Below, piece after piece: positions 9,176-18,024 of a DNA stretch of 64,000 bases. The notes beneath the pieces are model-generated. The model searched no databases. It was not told the origin of the DNA and saw only the letters and a program-made list of their open reading frames with translations. The stretch covers positions 2,280 through 66,279 of the forward strand of contig WQWB01000003.1 in NCBI GenBank assembly GCA_009785555.1, written 5' to 3'. How positions within the stretch are numbered: the stretch's first letter is position 1; each line of letters opens with the position of its first letter. The translations under genes were made by a program, and so were the position numbers. This stretch comes from Defluviitaleaceae bacterium (GTDB lineage: Bacteria > Bacillota > Clostridia > Lachnospirales > WRAX01).

Positions 9176-10150
9176 ATGTACAAGTGGCACAAACAGATAC
9201 AAATAATCGTTGACGAGATTGACGAGTGCATAAAACGCCATAACGGTGAGGTATTAACGCTACAATTTCTTTCTCGAAAATTGGGATATTCTGAATTTCA
9301 TACTACGAGAAAATTCAAGGAAATATCGGGTATGCAGTTTAGAGATTATTTACGTCTTAGGAAATTGGCTTTCGCGTTGAAGGAGGTGCGCGATAATAAA
9401 AAGAGCATTTTGGACATAGCTTTTGATTATGGTTTTTCATCACACGAAGCCTTTACACGGTCGTTCAAAGCAACATATGGTATTGCACCAAGAGAATACC
9501 GTAAAAAGCCTGTGCCTGTTGTACTTCGTACAAAACTCAACCCTTTTGACCGCTACTTTTTAGGAATTGGAGAGATTGGAATGGTAAAATCAACAGAGGA
9601 TGTTAAAGTTTATTTTGTAACTATTCCCGCTCACAAGTTTTTATACATCAAAAACAATGAAAGTAATGGGTATTGGGATTTTTGGAAAAAAGAGGAAACC
9701 ATTCATGGGCAAGATTACTGCAACAAAATATGCGGTCTGCTCGACAGCATCAGTAGCAAACTTGACGATGAAGGTACCGGTGAAATTAACAGCGGTGGCG
9801 GCCAGATAATGGCGTATATTAACGACCCAAACGGTAAAAAATTTGATTGCTACCCTGTTGCTCGCATTGAATGTTACGGCGTTCGTCTTGCATCTGATTA
9901 TATAGGCGAAACGCCGCCAAAGATGCTATTAGTGGATGTTCCCGAAGCTGAATATATTGTTTTTGAACATGAGCCGTTCGATTATGAGCAGGCGAATTGT
10001 AGTGTTGAAGAAAAAGTTAACACAGCAATAGCAAATTTTGATTTTACGGATACCGAATATTGCTTTGATGATACACTCGGTAGAATAACTTACTTTTACC
10101 ATGACCCTGTGCGATTTTGGAAATATATAAGACCTGTACGAAAGCAATAA
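9176..10150 (+). CDS. AraC-family regulator with C-terminal GyrI-like effector domain
   Basis: AraC double HTH (...LSRKLGYSEFHTTRKFKEISG...FDYGFSSHEAFTRSFKATYGIAPREYRK) followed by a GyrI-like domain. ATG 9176 preferred (GAGGTG RBS) over the GTG at 9164. Confidence 0.8.
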   Translation: MYKWHKQIQIIVDEIDECIKRHNGEVLTLQFLSRKLGYSEFHTTRKFKEISGMQFRDYLRLRKLAFALKEVRDNKKSILDIAFDYGFSSHEAFTRSFKATYGIAPREYRKKPVPVVLRTKLNPFDRYFLGIGEIGMVKSTEDVKVYFVTIPAHKFLYIKNNESNGYWDFWKKEETIHGQDYCNKICGLLDSISSKLDDEGTGEINSGGGQIMAYINDPNGKKFDCYPVARIECYGVRLASDYIGETPPKMLLVDVPEAEYIVFEHEPFDYEQANCSVEEKVNTAIANFDFTDTEYCFDDTLGRITYFYHDPVRFWKYIRPVRKQ

Positions 10151-10285
10151 TGGCAAGGTATAGTTGCCGGCAAACTGGGTTGCTCTCTCAAAAACAAAAG
10201 AGCAGCCCCGCGTTTTATTCAGCTGTTTATAATTTGAGGGCTTCTCTTCTGCAAAGTATTATTGTTCGGATAGCAATTTTGCTTA

Positions 10286-11479
10286 TTACGTTCCGCAAAA
10301 GGTTTTGTAATCTGTTTGATTTTTAAGAGGAAAGTTTAAAAATGACGAAGTTGCGTAAGGGTTACGCACCGCATCCAGCAGCGCATTGAACGGCGCAAAA
10401 TCGCCATGTTCGGCGGCGGCAAGTGCCTCCTCCACGTAATTATTGCGTGGTACGAACGCCGCGCCTTTTTCGCGGTAAAGCCGCGCCAGCGTATTTCCAA
10501 ACCTGTCCCAATACGCCTCAAAAACGCCGTCAACAACCTGTTTAGCGTTACCTATACTGGAAGGGATAAGCGGCCGCATGGATTCAGCAAGCCGCGCCAA
10601 GTTCCACGCACCTATCGCTGGCTGTTTGCCATACGCATACCTACCGGCAGTATCTATGGAACTGTACACGGTATCCAAGCCATATGAGTCCATAAACGCG
10701 CACGGGCCGTAATCTATCGTTTCGCCGCAGATGGACACGTTGTCGGTGTTCATCACCCCGTGGATAAAGCCGCGGTGGATCCAATTGGCGATAAGTTCCG
10801 CCTGCCTTTCGGCCACGGCGCGGAGAAATCCGATGTAATCACCCTCTAAATCAGGATAATGCCGCCTAATCGCATAATCCGCCAATGCACGCAGTTCGTC
10901 TTCATCGGCATAGGCCGCCGCGAAATTGAACGTACCTACACGGATATGGCTTGCAGCTATTCTAGTCAAAACTGCGCCTTTCATAGGTTTTTGGCGCATC
11001 ACCGTTTCACCCGTCATAACCACGGCAAGGGTACGCGTTGTTGGTATGCCGAGATAAAACATAACCTCGCTGAACAAAAACTCCCTAAGCATAGGAGCAA
11101 GAGCCGCCCGCCCATCGCCCCCGCGGGAGTATGGCGTAATGCCAGAACCTTTCAGCTGGATGTCGACGATTTTACCGTTTGGGCATATATGCTCGCCAAG
11201 AAGCACTGCGCGCCCGTCGCCAAGCATGGTAAAATGGCCAAACTGGTAGCCGGCGTACGCCTGCGCAATCGGGTCTGCACCCGGCGGGACTGTCGCACCG
11301 GCAAAGATGTCGGGGCGTTTAAACAGAGCATCCGCATCCAGGCCGAGTTCCTCTGCAAGTGTGTGGTTAAACACCGCAAATTTCGGCTTTGTTACGTTTA
11401 TGTTAGGTACTTGTTTAGTGTAAAAGATGTTGGATAGAGATGTGTACGTGTTTTGGAAGTTGATACCGAAGTTGTTCAT
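10286..11479 (-). CDS. selO: protein adenylyltransferase SelO/YdiU
   Basis: ...AQAYAGYQFGHFTMLGDGRAVLLGE..., ...HGVMNTDNVSICGETIDYGPCAF..., C-terminal ...TFCGT. Characteristic of SelO. Confidence 0.85.
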   Translation of the reverse strand: MNNFGINFQNTYTSLSNIFYTKQVPNINVTKPKFAVFNHTLAEELGLDADALFKRPDIFAGATVPPGADPIAQAYAGYQFGHFTMLGDGRAVLLGEHICPNGKIVDIQLKGSGITPYSRGGDGRAALAPMLREFLFSEVMFYLGIPTTRTLAVVMTGETVMRQKPMKGAVLTRIAASHIRVGTFNFAAAYADEDELRALADYAIRRHYPDLEGDYIGFLRAVAERQAELIANWIHRGFIHGVMNTDNVSICGETIDYGPCAFMDSYGLDTVYSSIDTAGRYAYGKQPAIGAWNLARLAESMRPLIPSSIGNAKQVVDGVFEAYWDRFGNTLARLYREKGAAFVPRNNYVEEALAAAEHGDFAPFNALLDAVRNPYATSSFLNFPLKNQTDYKTFCGT

Positions 11480-11525
11480 GTTATCCCCCTTAATTTATAT
11501 TTATTTTGCTTAAGGAGGATTGTTT

Positions 11526-12314
11526 TTATTCTAGTTTTATCGGATTTACGCAAACATTTATAAATAAGTGTCCAAACATTGTCGTTTGATATAAACCTTC
11601 GACAATTTCCATTTGTCTACCTCTAGCATTAAACGTTTTAATTAAATCTTTTATATAAGGATGCTGTTTCAGCGGCTCATATACAGATTTATGTACTGTA
11701 GCTACGCTTTTAGTAATAATCCCTAATCGTTTTATGTTTTCTATGTAATTATTAATAGCATGATAAGGATACTCACATTTAGCAATTTCACCTATATCGG
11801 AAAAATTACTATCAAATACTTTACTATTGATGTTTTTATTTACACGATAAATTTCAATTATAGGAAATATACTATCCATAACCTTTAAAATTTTAGCTTC
11901 ATCTGGACAAAGTTGCTTAATTATCTCAACATAACTCGGATGCACATCATTCCGTGTATCTTTGTACATTGATTTCGCTAAAAGTTTTGCAAACATACTC
12001 CTCAATTCGTCGCTGTCCATACAATAACTTGCCGCCAATAATGTAGGAGCCGCTACGTATGTTTCCGGCGGGCTGATTTTTTTGGGATTAACTTTTTCTA
12101 GTTCCTCTGCAAGCATGGCTTCTATTACGGCCAAATTATATTCTTTATCAATAATCCATTTTTCAACCGGCAACAAGGCTGCCTTTATTGCTCTGGGGAT
12201 TAACCCCAGCAAGTTCACCGTCGGCCTCGCAACTGGCTGCACGGCATCTTTATATAAATCATCCCCAACTTTGTCGATAACTTTTTCGATAATTTTGTTC
12301 TCCAGCTTTTCCAT
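11526..12314 (-). CDS. Abi-alpha/DUF4393-like protein (putative abortive-infection family)
   Basis: N-terminal ...DLYKDAVQPVARPTVNLLGLIPRAIKAALLPVEKWIIDKEYNL... matches my memory of the DUF4393 (Abi_alpha) consensus. AT-rich gene. Start moved to ATG 12314. Confidence 0.5.
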   Translation of the reverse strand: MEKLENKIIEKVIDKVGDDLYKDAVQPVARPTVNLLGLIPRAIKAALLPVEKWIIDKEYNLAVIEAMLAEELEKVNPKKISPPETYVAAPTLLAASYCMDSDELRSMFAKLLAKSMYKDTRNDVHPSYVEIIKQLCPDEAKILKVMDSIFPIIEIYRVNKNINSKVFDSNFSDIGEIAKCEYPYHAINNYIENIKRLGIITKSVATVHKSVYEPLKQHPYIKDLIKTFNARGRQMEIVEGLYQTTMFGHLFINVCVNPIKLE

Positions 12315-12383
12315 ACAAACAACACCTTTCGTTATCAATTTTTTAAGTTCTTGTTATAGCATCTAGTCTCTAATCTCTAATCC

Positions 12384-13718
12384 CTAACTCACAACCACCG
12401 GCGCGTTTGAGCTCTCCAGAAGCATCGTTACCTTCCTCGGCGCGATATCGAAGTTTGCGCTCTGCACCTCGGCGGTAGACGCACCGCGGCTTATGTACGA
12501 AACCCCCGTCAGCCCGATGCGCACGTCACTGAGCGCCGCCGTCGCGCTGATATGGTAGCCCACGTCCACCGACGATGGCAAAACAAGGTTCAGCTTGCCG
12601 TTGTTGGCCTCAACGCCCCAGGTGTAATTACGGTAATTGGAAAACTGCGCCATCTGCAGGTTTATGCCGAAGTTTATCGCCGTCATCTTCATCTGCGCCG
12701 CATCCACGTTCACTGCGTTTATCGCGCCGTTAAAATTGTCCACGGCGGCGCGGTCGGCGGATATGTTGCTGAGGCGCATCGTGCCGTTTATCGTTTCCGC
12801 AAGCAGGTTTTCAGTTTTTACGTCTGTAATCTCGACGTCGCCGCCTTGGCTCTCCACGCGCAGTTCACTTACCTCAAGCTGGGCCAGCACTATCGTCGCG
12901 CCATCATTTGATAGCCGCACGGACGAAAACATATACGCCGGGATATACGCATCCACTGAAACACTATCAATCTCGCTATCGTCATAGCTTAAATAATACT
13001 TGTTGCCAAGCACGGCAAGCTCCGGCACGCTGTTGCCGCGCCTCTGCGTGTATGATACCGTGGCCGTGATCTTGTCACCGTTATAACCTTTTATGTGCAT
13101 ATCACCGTGCAAACCGTCCAGAATAAGTTCGCTGCCCGGTACTGCCACGGTTTGGGTTATTTTTATCTCTGACCGCAGTTTTCGTGTAGTTGGCTTATCT
13201 GCAAGTATCCTTGGCGTTGCCGCTTTAGGTTGTTGTGCAGGCATTTTAGACAAAAACGGCATGTCTTTCTCTACAACCGGCTTAGCCGCCTTGCCGCTCG
13301 CACGCGTAATGGCATTACCCGTTTTTTCTACAACAGCCTCAGCGACGCGCTGTAATTTGCGTTCCATTTTTTCAAATAATGTTTCCATTTTATGGGAAAT
13401 ATCTTCCGATGTACTTCCGCCTTTTGCCTGCGTGACGGCAGGTTGGGCATCCGGCTTGCCCATGCGCCTAAGCGGTTTTGGCGGCTCCGGCCTCTCACCG
13501 TTATGCGCAAATGACGTAAACCCGGCAGAGGCGGGATACCCCAGGCTGGGTACAGGCCCAATATCAAGCGTTTCCATATCAGGCGGTTCAATGGTAAGCT
13601 CTATAACCGGCGTCACGGCGGCCTCCTTCCCAACCTCATTAAGCATTTTTTCCGCATCACCGGCCGAAATGCGGCCTTCTTCCAACATTTTAAGTATCTT
13701 CATTTTTTCGCTGATCAT
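12384..13718 (-). CDS. SHOCT-like + DUF4097 (YvlB-like) protein
   Basis: N-terminal KILKMLEEGRISAGDAEKML helix, low-complexity linker, C-terminal beta-rich repeats. Start moved to ATG 13718 behind AGGAGA; the ORF-track extension to 13835 has no support. Confidence 0.6.
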   Translation of the reverse strand: MISEKMKILKMLEEGRISAGDAEKMLNEVGKEAAVTPVIELTIEPPDMETLDIGPVPSLGYPASAGFTSFAHNGERPEPPKPLRRMGKPDAQPAVTQAKGGSTSEDISHKMETLFEKMERKLQRVAEAVVEKTGNAITRASGKAAKPVVEKDMPFLSKMPAQQPKAATPRILADKPTTRKLRSEIKITQTVAVPGSELILDGLHGDMHIKGYNGDKITATVSYTQRRGNSVPELAVLGNKYYLSYDDSEIDSVSVDAYIPAYMFSSVRLSNDGATIVLAQLEVSELRVESQGGDVEITDVKTENLLAETINGTMRLSNISADRAAVDNFNGAINAVNVDAAQMKMTAINFGINLQMAQFSNYRNYTWGVEANNGKLNLVLPSSVDVGYHISATAALSDVRIGLTGVSYISRGASTAEVQSANFDIAPRKVTMLLESSNAPVVVS

Positions 13719-13894
13719 ATTGTATCTCCTATAAAAGTTCAAACTTATGTAAATATTATCGTACCATAAAAAAATGATTTTGTCTAGGCATACTATCTTT
13801 GTAAATTTATTGCAAAATTTGTCTTGTACGTCCAAACATATTTATGCTATAATACTTAATAAATTTTACGACATAAAGCAAGAGGAGAAAACAA

Positions 13895-15943
13895 ATGAAA
13901 ACATCAAACCTTAACAATCTTACAAAGCGCGTAATTGCGGTATTTTTGACGATTGCGCTTGTTGCCGCTGTTTTACCGGCACGTCTGCACGCAAGCCCCG
14001 TGGATATTACCGACGATTTCACCTGCCTGGATTTCCGTGCGGCTGTAAGGGAACTGCTTGGAAAAGGATCGGCGGACGCTATTTATAATGTGGACGTTGC
14101 ATGGGTTGGTTTTTTAGATGTATCCGGAACTTGGTATGAGCCTGGCAACATTACAAGCCTTGCCGGGATAGAGCATTTTACGAATTTAATTGTTCTAACT
14201 GCTGCACATAATAACATTACATCACTTGATTTGTCTAATAATTCAGCTTTAGAGTGGCTTGGCGTAGGTAATAACAACATTACAACACTTAATTTGTCTA
14301 ACAATCCAGCATTACACTCTCTTAGTATATGGGATAACAACCTTACAACACTTGATCTGTCTAACAATCTCGTGTTACAATTTCTTGACGTAGGAAATAA
14401 CAACTTTATAACACTTGATTTGTCTAATACTCTCACATTACGATTTCTTAACGTACGGAATAATAATTTTACAACAATTAATCTGTCTAATAATCTCGCG
14501 TTACAATCTCTTGTTGTCGATAGTAATAACCTTACAACACTTGATTTGTCTAACAATCCCATATTACAATCTCTTTTCGTAGAGAATAACAGCCTTACAA
14601 CACTTGACTTGTCTAACAATCCCATGTTACAATCTCTTTTCGTAGATAATAACAACTTTACATCACTTGATTTGTTTAACAATTCAAAATTACAATCTCT
14701 TCATGTATGGAATAACAACCTTATAACAGTTGATCTGTCTAACAACCCTGCTTTAGAATGGCTTAGCTTAGGGGATAACAACCTTACATCTCTCGATTTG
14801 TCTAACAATCCCGCGTTACAATTTCTTTTCGCAGAGAATAACAACCTTACATCACTTGATATATCCAACAATCCGGCATTAGAGTGGCTTACTGTATGGG
14901 ATAACTACCTTCCAAACATTGACGCTGTTGTCGGCTGGCGAGATATCCCGGCATTAGTAGTAGACTATAACTTCCATTTCGAGTTTCAGCGCACCCCCGC
15001 AACCCACGCCACCGTAAGGTTCTTCACAAACTATGGCGAAACATTCCTCGACGGCACGCCGCATTTTATCCCTCGTGTTGTTGAGCTTGATACTGCCGTA
15101 GGTGCGGATATCCCCACACTTCTTCGCCAAGACTTTGTTTTTACAGGTTGGAACACAGAAGCTGACGGCACGGGATATGATTTTACTGACTTATCTGTGG
15201 TTAACGCAAACATAGATCTTTTTGCTAAGTGGATGCCTGTATGGGTGTTTTTCCCGGCAGAAGATTATTATGAGCATTACAGATTTATGCCGGCAGCCCC
15301 GGCACCAACACCGGAAACAACACCAGACCCGGTTACACCCGAACCGGAAGTTGGTGAAGAAGTTACATACACAACCTCATTTGTCTCAGAATTTGATGAT
15401 GTTAGCGAAGACGATTGGTTCTACCGTTACGTTAAAACAGTTGTGCAAAACGGCTTGTTTCATGGCGCGGATGAGCGTGTTTTTAGCCCGACAGAAGGCA
15501 TGACCCGTGCAATGTTTGTACAAGTATTAGCAAACCTGGCAAATGTTGATTTTTACGAAGATTTTGCATACGCAGGTTTTGCCGATGTTGACGCAGATGC
15601 GTGGTACGCTAACGTCGTAAACTGGGCGGCATACACCGGCATCGACACAGGCCGCCACGGCACAAACTTGTTTGAGCCAAGTGTTTACATCACATGGCAT
15701 GAGATCTCTGCGGTTTTGTTCAACTTTTTCAATATCCAGCGTATAGCCTTTGACACAACCAGCATTGAGCTGGACGAATATACAGACGATATGGCCGGCA
15801 CCGTTTTCCGCACACTATTCGCGATGCAGGCCGCAAACATCACGCGCGTATACCCAAACGGCACGGTCGACGCGGCCAATACGGCCACCCGCGCGCTGGT
15901 TGCGGAAGTATTTGCATTCATCCTTCAAGCAATCCAAAATTAA
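13895..15943 (+). CDS. secreted LRR protein with Listeria-Bacteroides repeat and C-terminal SLH domains
   Basis: Signal peptide. About 12 tandem 21-aa LRRs (LxxLDLSNNPxLQxLxVxNNN). ...FVFTGWNTEADGTGYDF... (Flg_new-type repeat). Thr/Pro linker. SLH-like ...DWFYRYVKTVVQNGLFHG... and ...AWYANVVNWAAYTGI... Confidence 0.8.
   Translation: MKTSNLNNLTKRVIAVFLTIALVAAVLPARLHASPVDITDDFTCLDFRAAVRELLGKGSADAIYNVDVAWVGFLDVSGTWYEPGNITSLAGIEHFTNLIVLTAAHNNITSLDLSNNSALEWLGVGNNNITTLNLSNNPALHSLSIWDNNLTTLDLSNNLVLQFLDVGNNNFITLDLSNTLTLRFLNVRNNNFTTINLSNNLALQSLVVDSNNLTTLDLSNNPILQSLFVENNSLTTLDLSNNPMLQSLFVDNNNFTSLDLFNNSKLQSLHVWNNNLITVDLSNNPALEWLSLGDNNLTSLDLSNNPALQFLFAENNNLTSLDISNNPALEWLTVWDNYLPNIDAVVGWRDIPALVVDYNFHFEFQRTPATHATVRFFTNYGETFLDGTPHFIPRVVELDTAVGADIPTLLRQDFVFTGWNTEADGTGYDFTDLSVVNANIDLFAKWMPVWVFFPAEDYYEHYRFMPAAPAPTPETTPDPVTPEPEVGEEVTYTTSFVSEFDDVSEDDWFYRYVKTVVQNGLFHGADERVFSPTEGMTRAMFVQVLANLANVDFYEDFAYAGFADVDADAWYANVVNWAAYTGIDTGRHGTNLFEPSVYITWHEISAVLFNFFNIQRIAFDTTSIELDEYTDDMAGTVFRTLFAMQAANITRVYPNGTVDAANTATRALVAEVFAFILQAIQN
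14180..14900 (+). repeat. in-frame 63-bp tandem repeats encoding the LRR array
   Basis: Recurring ...cttgatttgtctaacaatcc...ttacaatctctt... units with a 63-nt period inside CDS 13895..15943. Confidence 0.8.
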
Positions 15944-15963
15944 CACAGCATTTATTCACTTCC

Positions 15964-16001
15964 AAAAACCCGGTGGTTGATACTCCCAGCACCGGGTTTT
16001 T
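15964..16001 (+). terminator. intrinsic terminator after the LRR/SLH gene
   Basis: CCCGGTG (15969-15975) pairs with CACCGGG (15990-15996), followed by TTTTT. Confidence 0.6.
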
Positions 16002-16071
16002 CAATTCATTTGTTATATTTCCTTATATCCCGCCGTATAATTGTACAAACTACAATTTTTACGGAGGGTTC

Positions 16072-16725
16072 ATGCAACAAAGAATTTCTAAACTTGTACT
16101 AAAGCTGATGTTTTTAGCCGTAACCTTGGCGATCTTCGGTATATTTGCCGCGTGCCGCGGCGGCGCGGCAGCGGAGCGTGATGTGTTCGAACGCATCCAA
16201 AACGCCCTGCTGTCGATGACGAGCTACCAAGCGGACGCTACGGTTACATACATATCCAACAGATCCCAACATACGTACCATGTACGCCAGATGGCACGCT
16301 CCAGCGGCGAATACCGCATCGAGGTCACAGGACCGGAGCGCGTGGCCGGCAACATCACCATCAACGACAACCGCAACATCGTGCAGTTTAACACCCGCGC
16401 CGAAGGGCATTACGCCGTACTTAATCAGGAATCGCCGGAACGGCTAGAGCTTTTCGTAACCTCCTTTATCCGTAATTACCTACAGTCGCAGGAAGTAACG
16501 GTCAGCGTCGCGTCTATCGACAATAGCCTCGTTACCGTACTGGAAGCCAACATTCCCGGCGAACACCCATACATGCGTACCAGCCGCCTCTCCGTCTCCA
16601 ACGAATCGCTTAAACCCGTACGGCTTGAAATTTTCGACGCAGACGGGGCATTGCGCGTAAGCGTAGAGTTCTCTAATTTCGAGTACAACGTAAACTTCGA
16701 TGACAGGCTGTTCCGTGTCCAATAG
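16072..16725 (+). CDS. lipoprotein, LolA-like/YdcC-like (tentative)
   Basis: Start moved to ATG 16072 (GGAGGG RBS). Signal peptide with lipobox ...GIFAAC. Beta-rich body. Position upstream of mazF recalls B. subtilis ydcC. Confidence 0.5.
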   Translation: MQQRISKLVLKLMFLAVTLAIFGIFAACRGGAAAERDVFERIQNALLSMTSYQADATVTYISNRSQHTYHVRQMARSSGEYRIEVTGPERVAGNITINDNRNIVQFNTRAEGHYAVLNQESPERLELFVTSFIRNYLQSQEVTVSVASIDNSLVTVLEANIPGEHPYMRTSRLSVSNESLKPVRLEIFDADGALRVSVEFSNFEYNVNFDDRLFRVQ

Positions 16726-16900
16726 AAAAAATATTCCAAGTAAAGTATACAATACAAGAAAGAAGTGAATACTATGTAAAAGAACAGAAATGTGAGATCT
16801 TGTGATAAATAGCAAAAACGCAATAGTAAATACGCATTCGTTCAAGCCACCTTTGCGTTTTAATGAATTACCACAAGCTCCCGGTTAAAGAGGTGTTTTA

Positions 16901-17248
16901 ATGTTAATACGGCGAGGTGATATATTTTACGCCGACCTAAGCCCTGTTGTAGGCTCTGAGCAGGGTGGCGTTCGCCCGGTGCTTATCGTGCAGAACGACA
17001 CAGGCAACAGGTACAGCCCCACGATTATTTGCGCTGCCATTACATCACAGATAAACAAGGCAAAACTGCCGACACATATAGAGATAGACTCCAACGACTA
17101 CACCCTTGTGCGGGATTCCGTAGTGCTTTTGGAACAAGTTCGCACAGTAGACAAAAAACGCCTGAAGGAAAAAATCTGCCGACTGGACGAGGAAGTTATG
17201 GAGAAGGTAGATAGGGCGTTATTGGTTAGTTTTGGGTTGAATCAATAA
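16901..17248 (+). CDS. mazF: EndoA/MazF-type endoribonuclease toxin
   Basis: ...[58 protein letters not shown]...[13 protein letters not shown]... closely follows B. subtilis EndoA (NdoA). Confidence 0.9.
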   Translation: MLIRRGDIFYADLSPVVGSEQGGVRPVLIVQNDTGNRYSPTIICAAITSQINKAKLPTHIEIDSNDYTLVRDSVVLLEQVRTVDKKRLKEKICRLDEEVMEKVDRALLVSFGLNQ

Positions 17249-17454
17249 TATATATTAATACATAAAACCGCATAGGTGTGCAGTTTACAGCCGGCGGTTT
17301 TATTGTTTCTAAAAATTATTCTCTGAGCTATAAAATATTTACTTAAAGCGAGGCAATCAATTCACGCCTTGCTTTTTATTTTGCATACTATGTATAAATT
17401 TTTCCTCCGCCGCCATACTAAGTCCGTACCTAACTATACGAGAGGAGCAGAAAA

Positions 17455-17640
17455 ATGTCCAATTTTAACCAAATGGAGCTTAGCTCTATCCGCGAGGTCG
17501 TTAGCTGCCATATAGCCACGTCGAACAAGCTGGCAAGCTACGCCAACCAGTGCAGCGACCCGCACATCAAGCAAATGTTCCAGCAAGCCGCCGGCGAAGC
17601 GCAAAAAAGCGCACAGAAATTAACGCAGATGCTGCAATAA
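17455..17640 (+). CDS. spore coat protein, CotF-like (small)
   Basis: Helical 61-aa protein (...LSSIREVVSCHIATSNKLASYANQCSDPHIKQMF...) resembling Coat F domain proteins. Strong RBS GAGAGGAG. Confidence 0.55.
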   Translation: MSNFNQMELSSIREVVSCHIATSNKLASYANQCSDPHIKQMFQQAAGEAQKSAQKLTQMLQ

Positions 17641-17655
17641 TAGGAGGATTAGGAA

Positions 17656-17916
17656 ATGCACGAAAAAGATATGGTATTTGACGTTTTAAGCGGAACGAAG
17701 GCAAGCCTTGCCTCCTACGCTAAGGTTATTACGGAATGCGACAACTCCCAGCTTCGCCAAACCTTTCAGCAAATGCGCGACGGCGATGAGAAATTTCAAT
17801 ACGATTTGTACAAAATAGCCGCATCTAAGGGGTATTACCACCCCGCGCCGCCGGCAAACGGTCAGGATATAAGCTGTCTAAAAAATACGCTCCAAGAAAG
17901 CGGACGTTGGAGCTAA
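17656..17916 (+). CDS. spore coat protein, CotF-like
   Basis: ...DMVFDVLSGTKASLASYAKVITECDNSQLRQTFQQM... Coat F-like pattern. In tandem with the previous gene. Confidence 0.6.
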   Translation: MHEKDMVFDVLSGTKASLASYAKVITECDNSQLRQTFQQMRDGDEKFQYDLYKIAASKGYYHPAPPANGQDISCLKNTLQESGRWS

Positions 17917-17931
17917 CCTTTCAAAATAATT

Positions 17932-17968
17932 AAAACCCCCTTTTTTACGAAATTTGGGGGTTTTGTTA
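17932..17968 (+). terminator. intrinsic terminator
   Basis: AAAACCCCC (17932-17940) pairs with GGGGGTTTT (17956-17964), then a T-rich tail. Confidence 0.7.
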
Positions 17969-18024
17969 TGTCTATAAAAAAATGATTGCAAAACTGTTAC
18001 GTTTATGTTACAATGTAACACGAG

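Noticed and set aside
13093-13734. 213-aa + strand ORF
   Set aside because: Antisense to the YvlB-like gene. Ser/Ala/Leu-rich composition typical of the shadow frame of a GC-richer gene.
14180-14900. Regular short repeats that could look like a CRISPR array
   Set aside because: The 63-nt period is in frame inside a long ORF encoding canonical LRRs. There are no unique spacers, no leader and no cas genes.
16803-16903. Small ORFs upstream of mazF as candidate MazE (28-codon GTG ORF, 12-codon ATG ORF overlapping TAATG)
   Set aside because: Too short, no RBS, and no RHH or AbrB-like sequence. Kept only as a note within the orphan-toxin finding.
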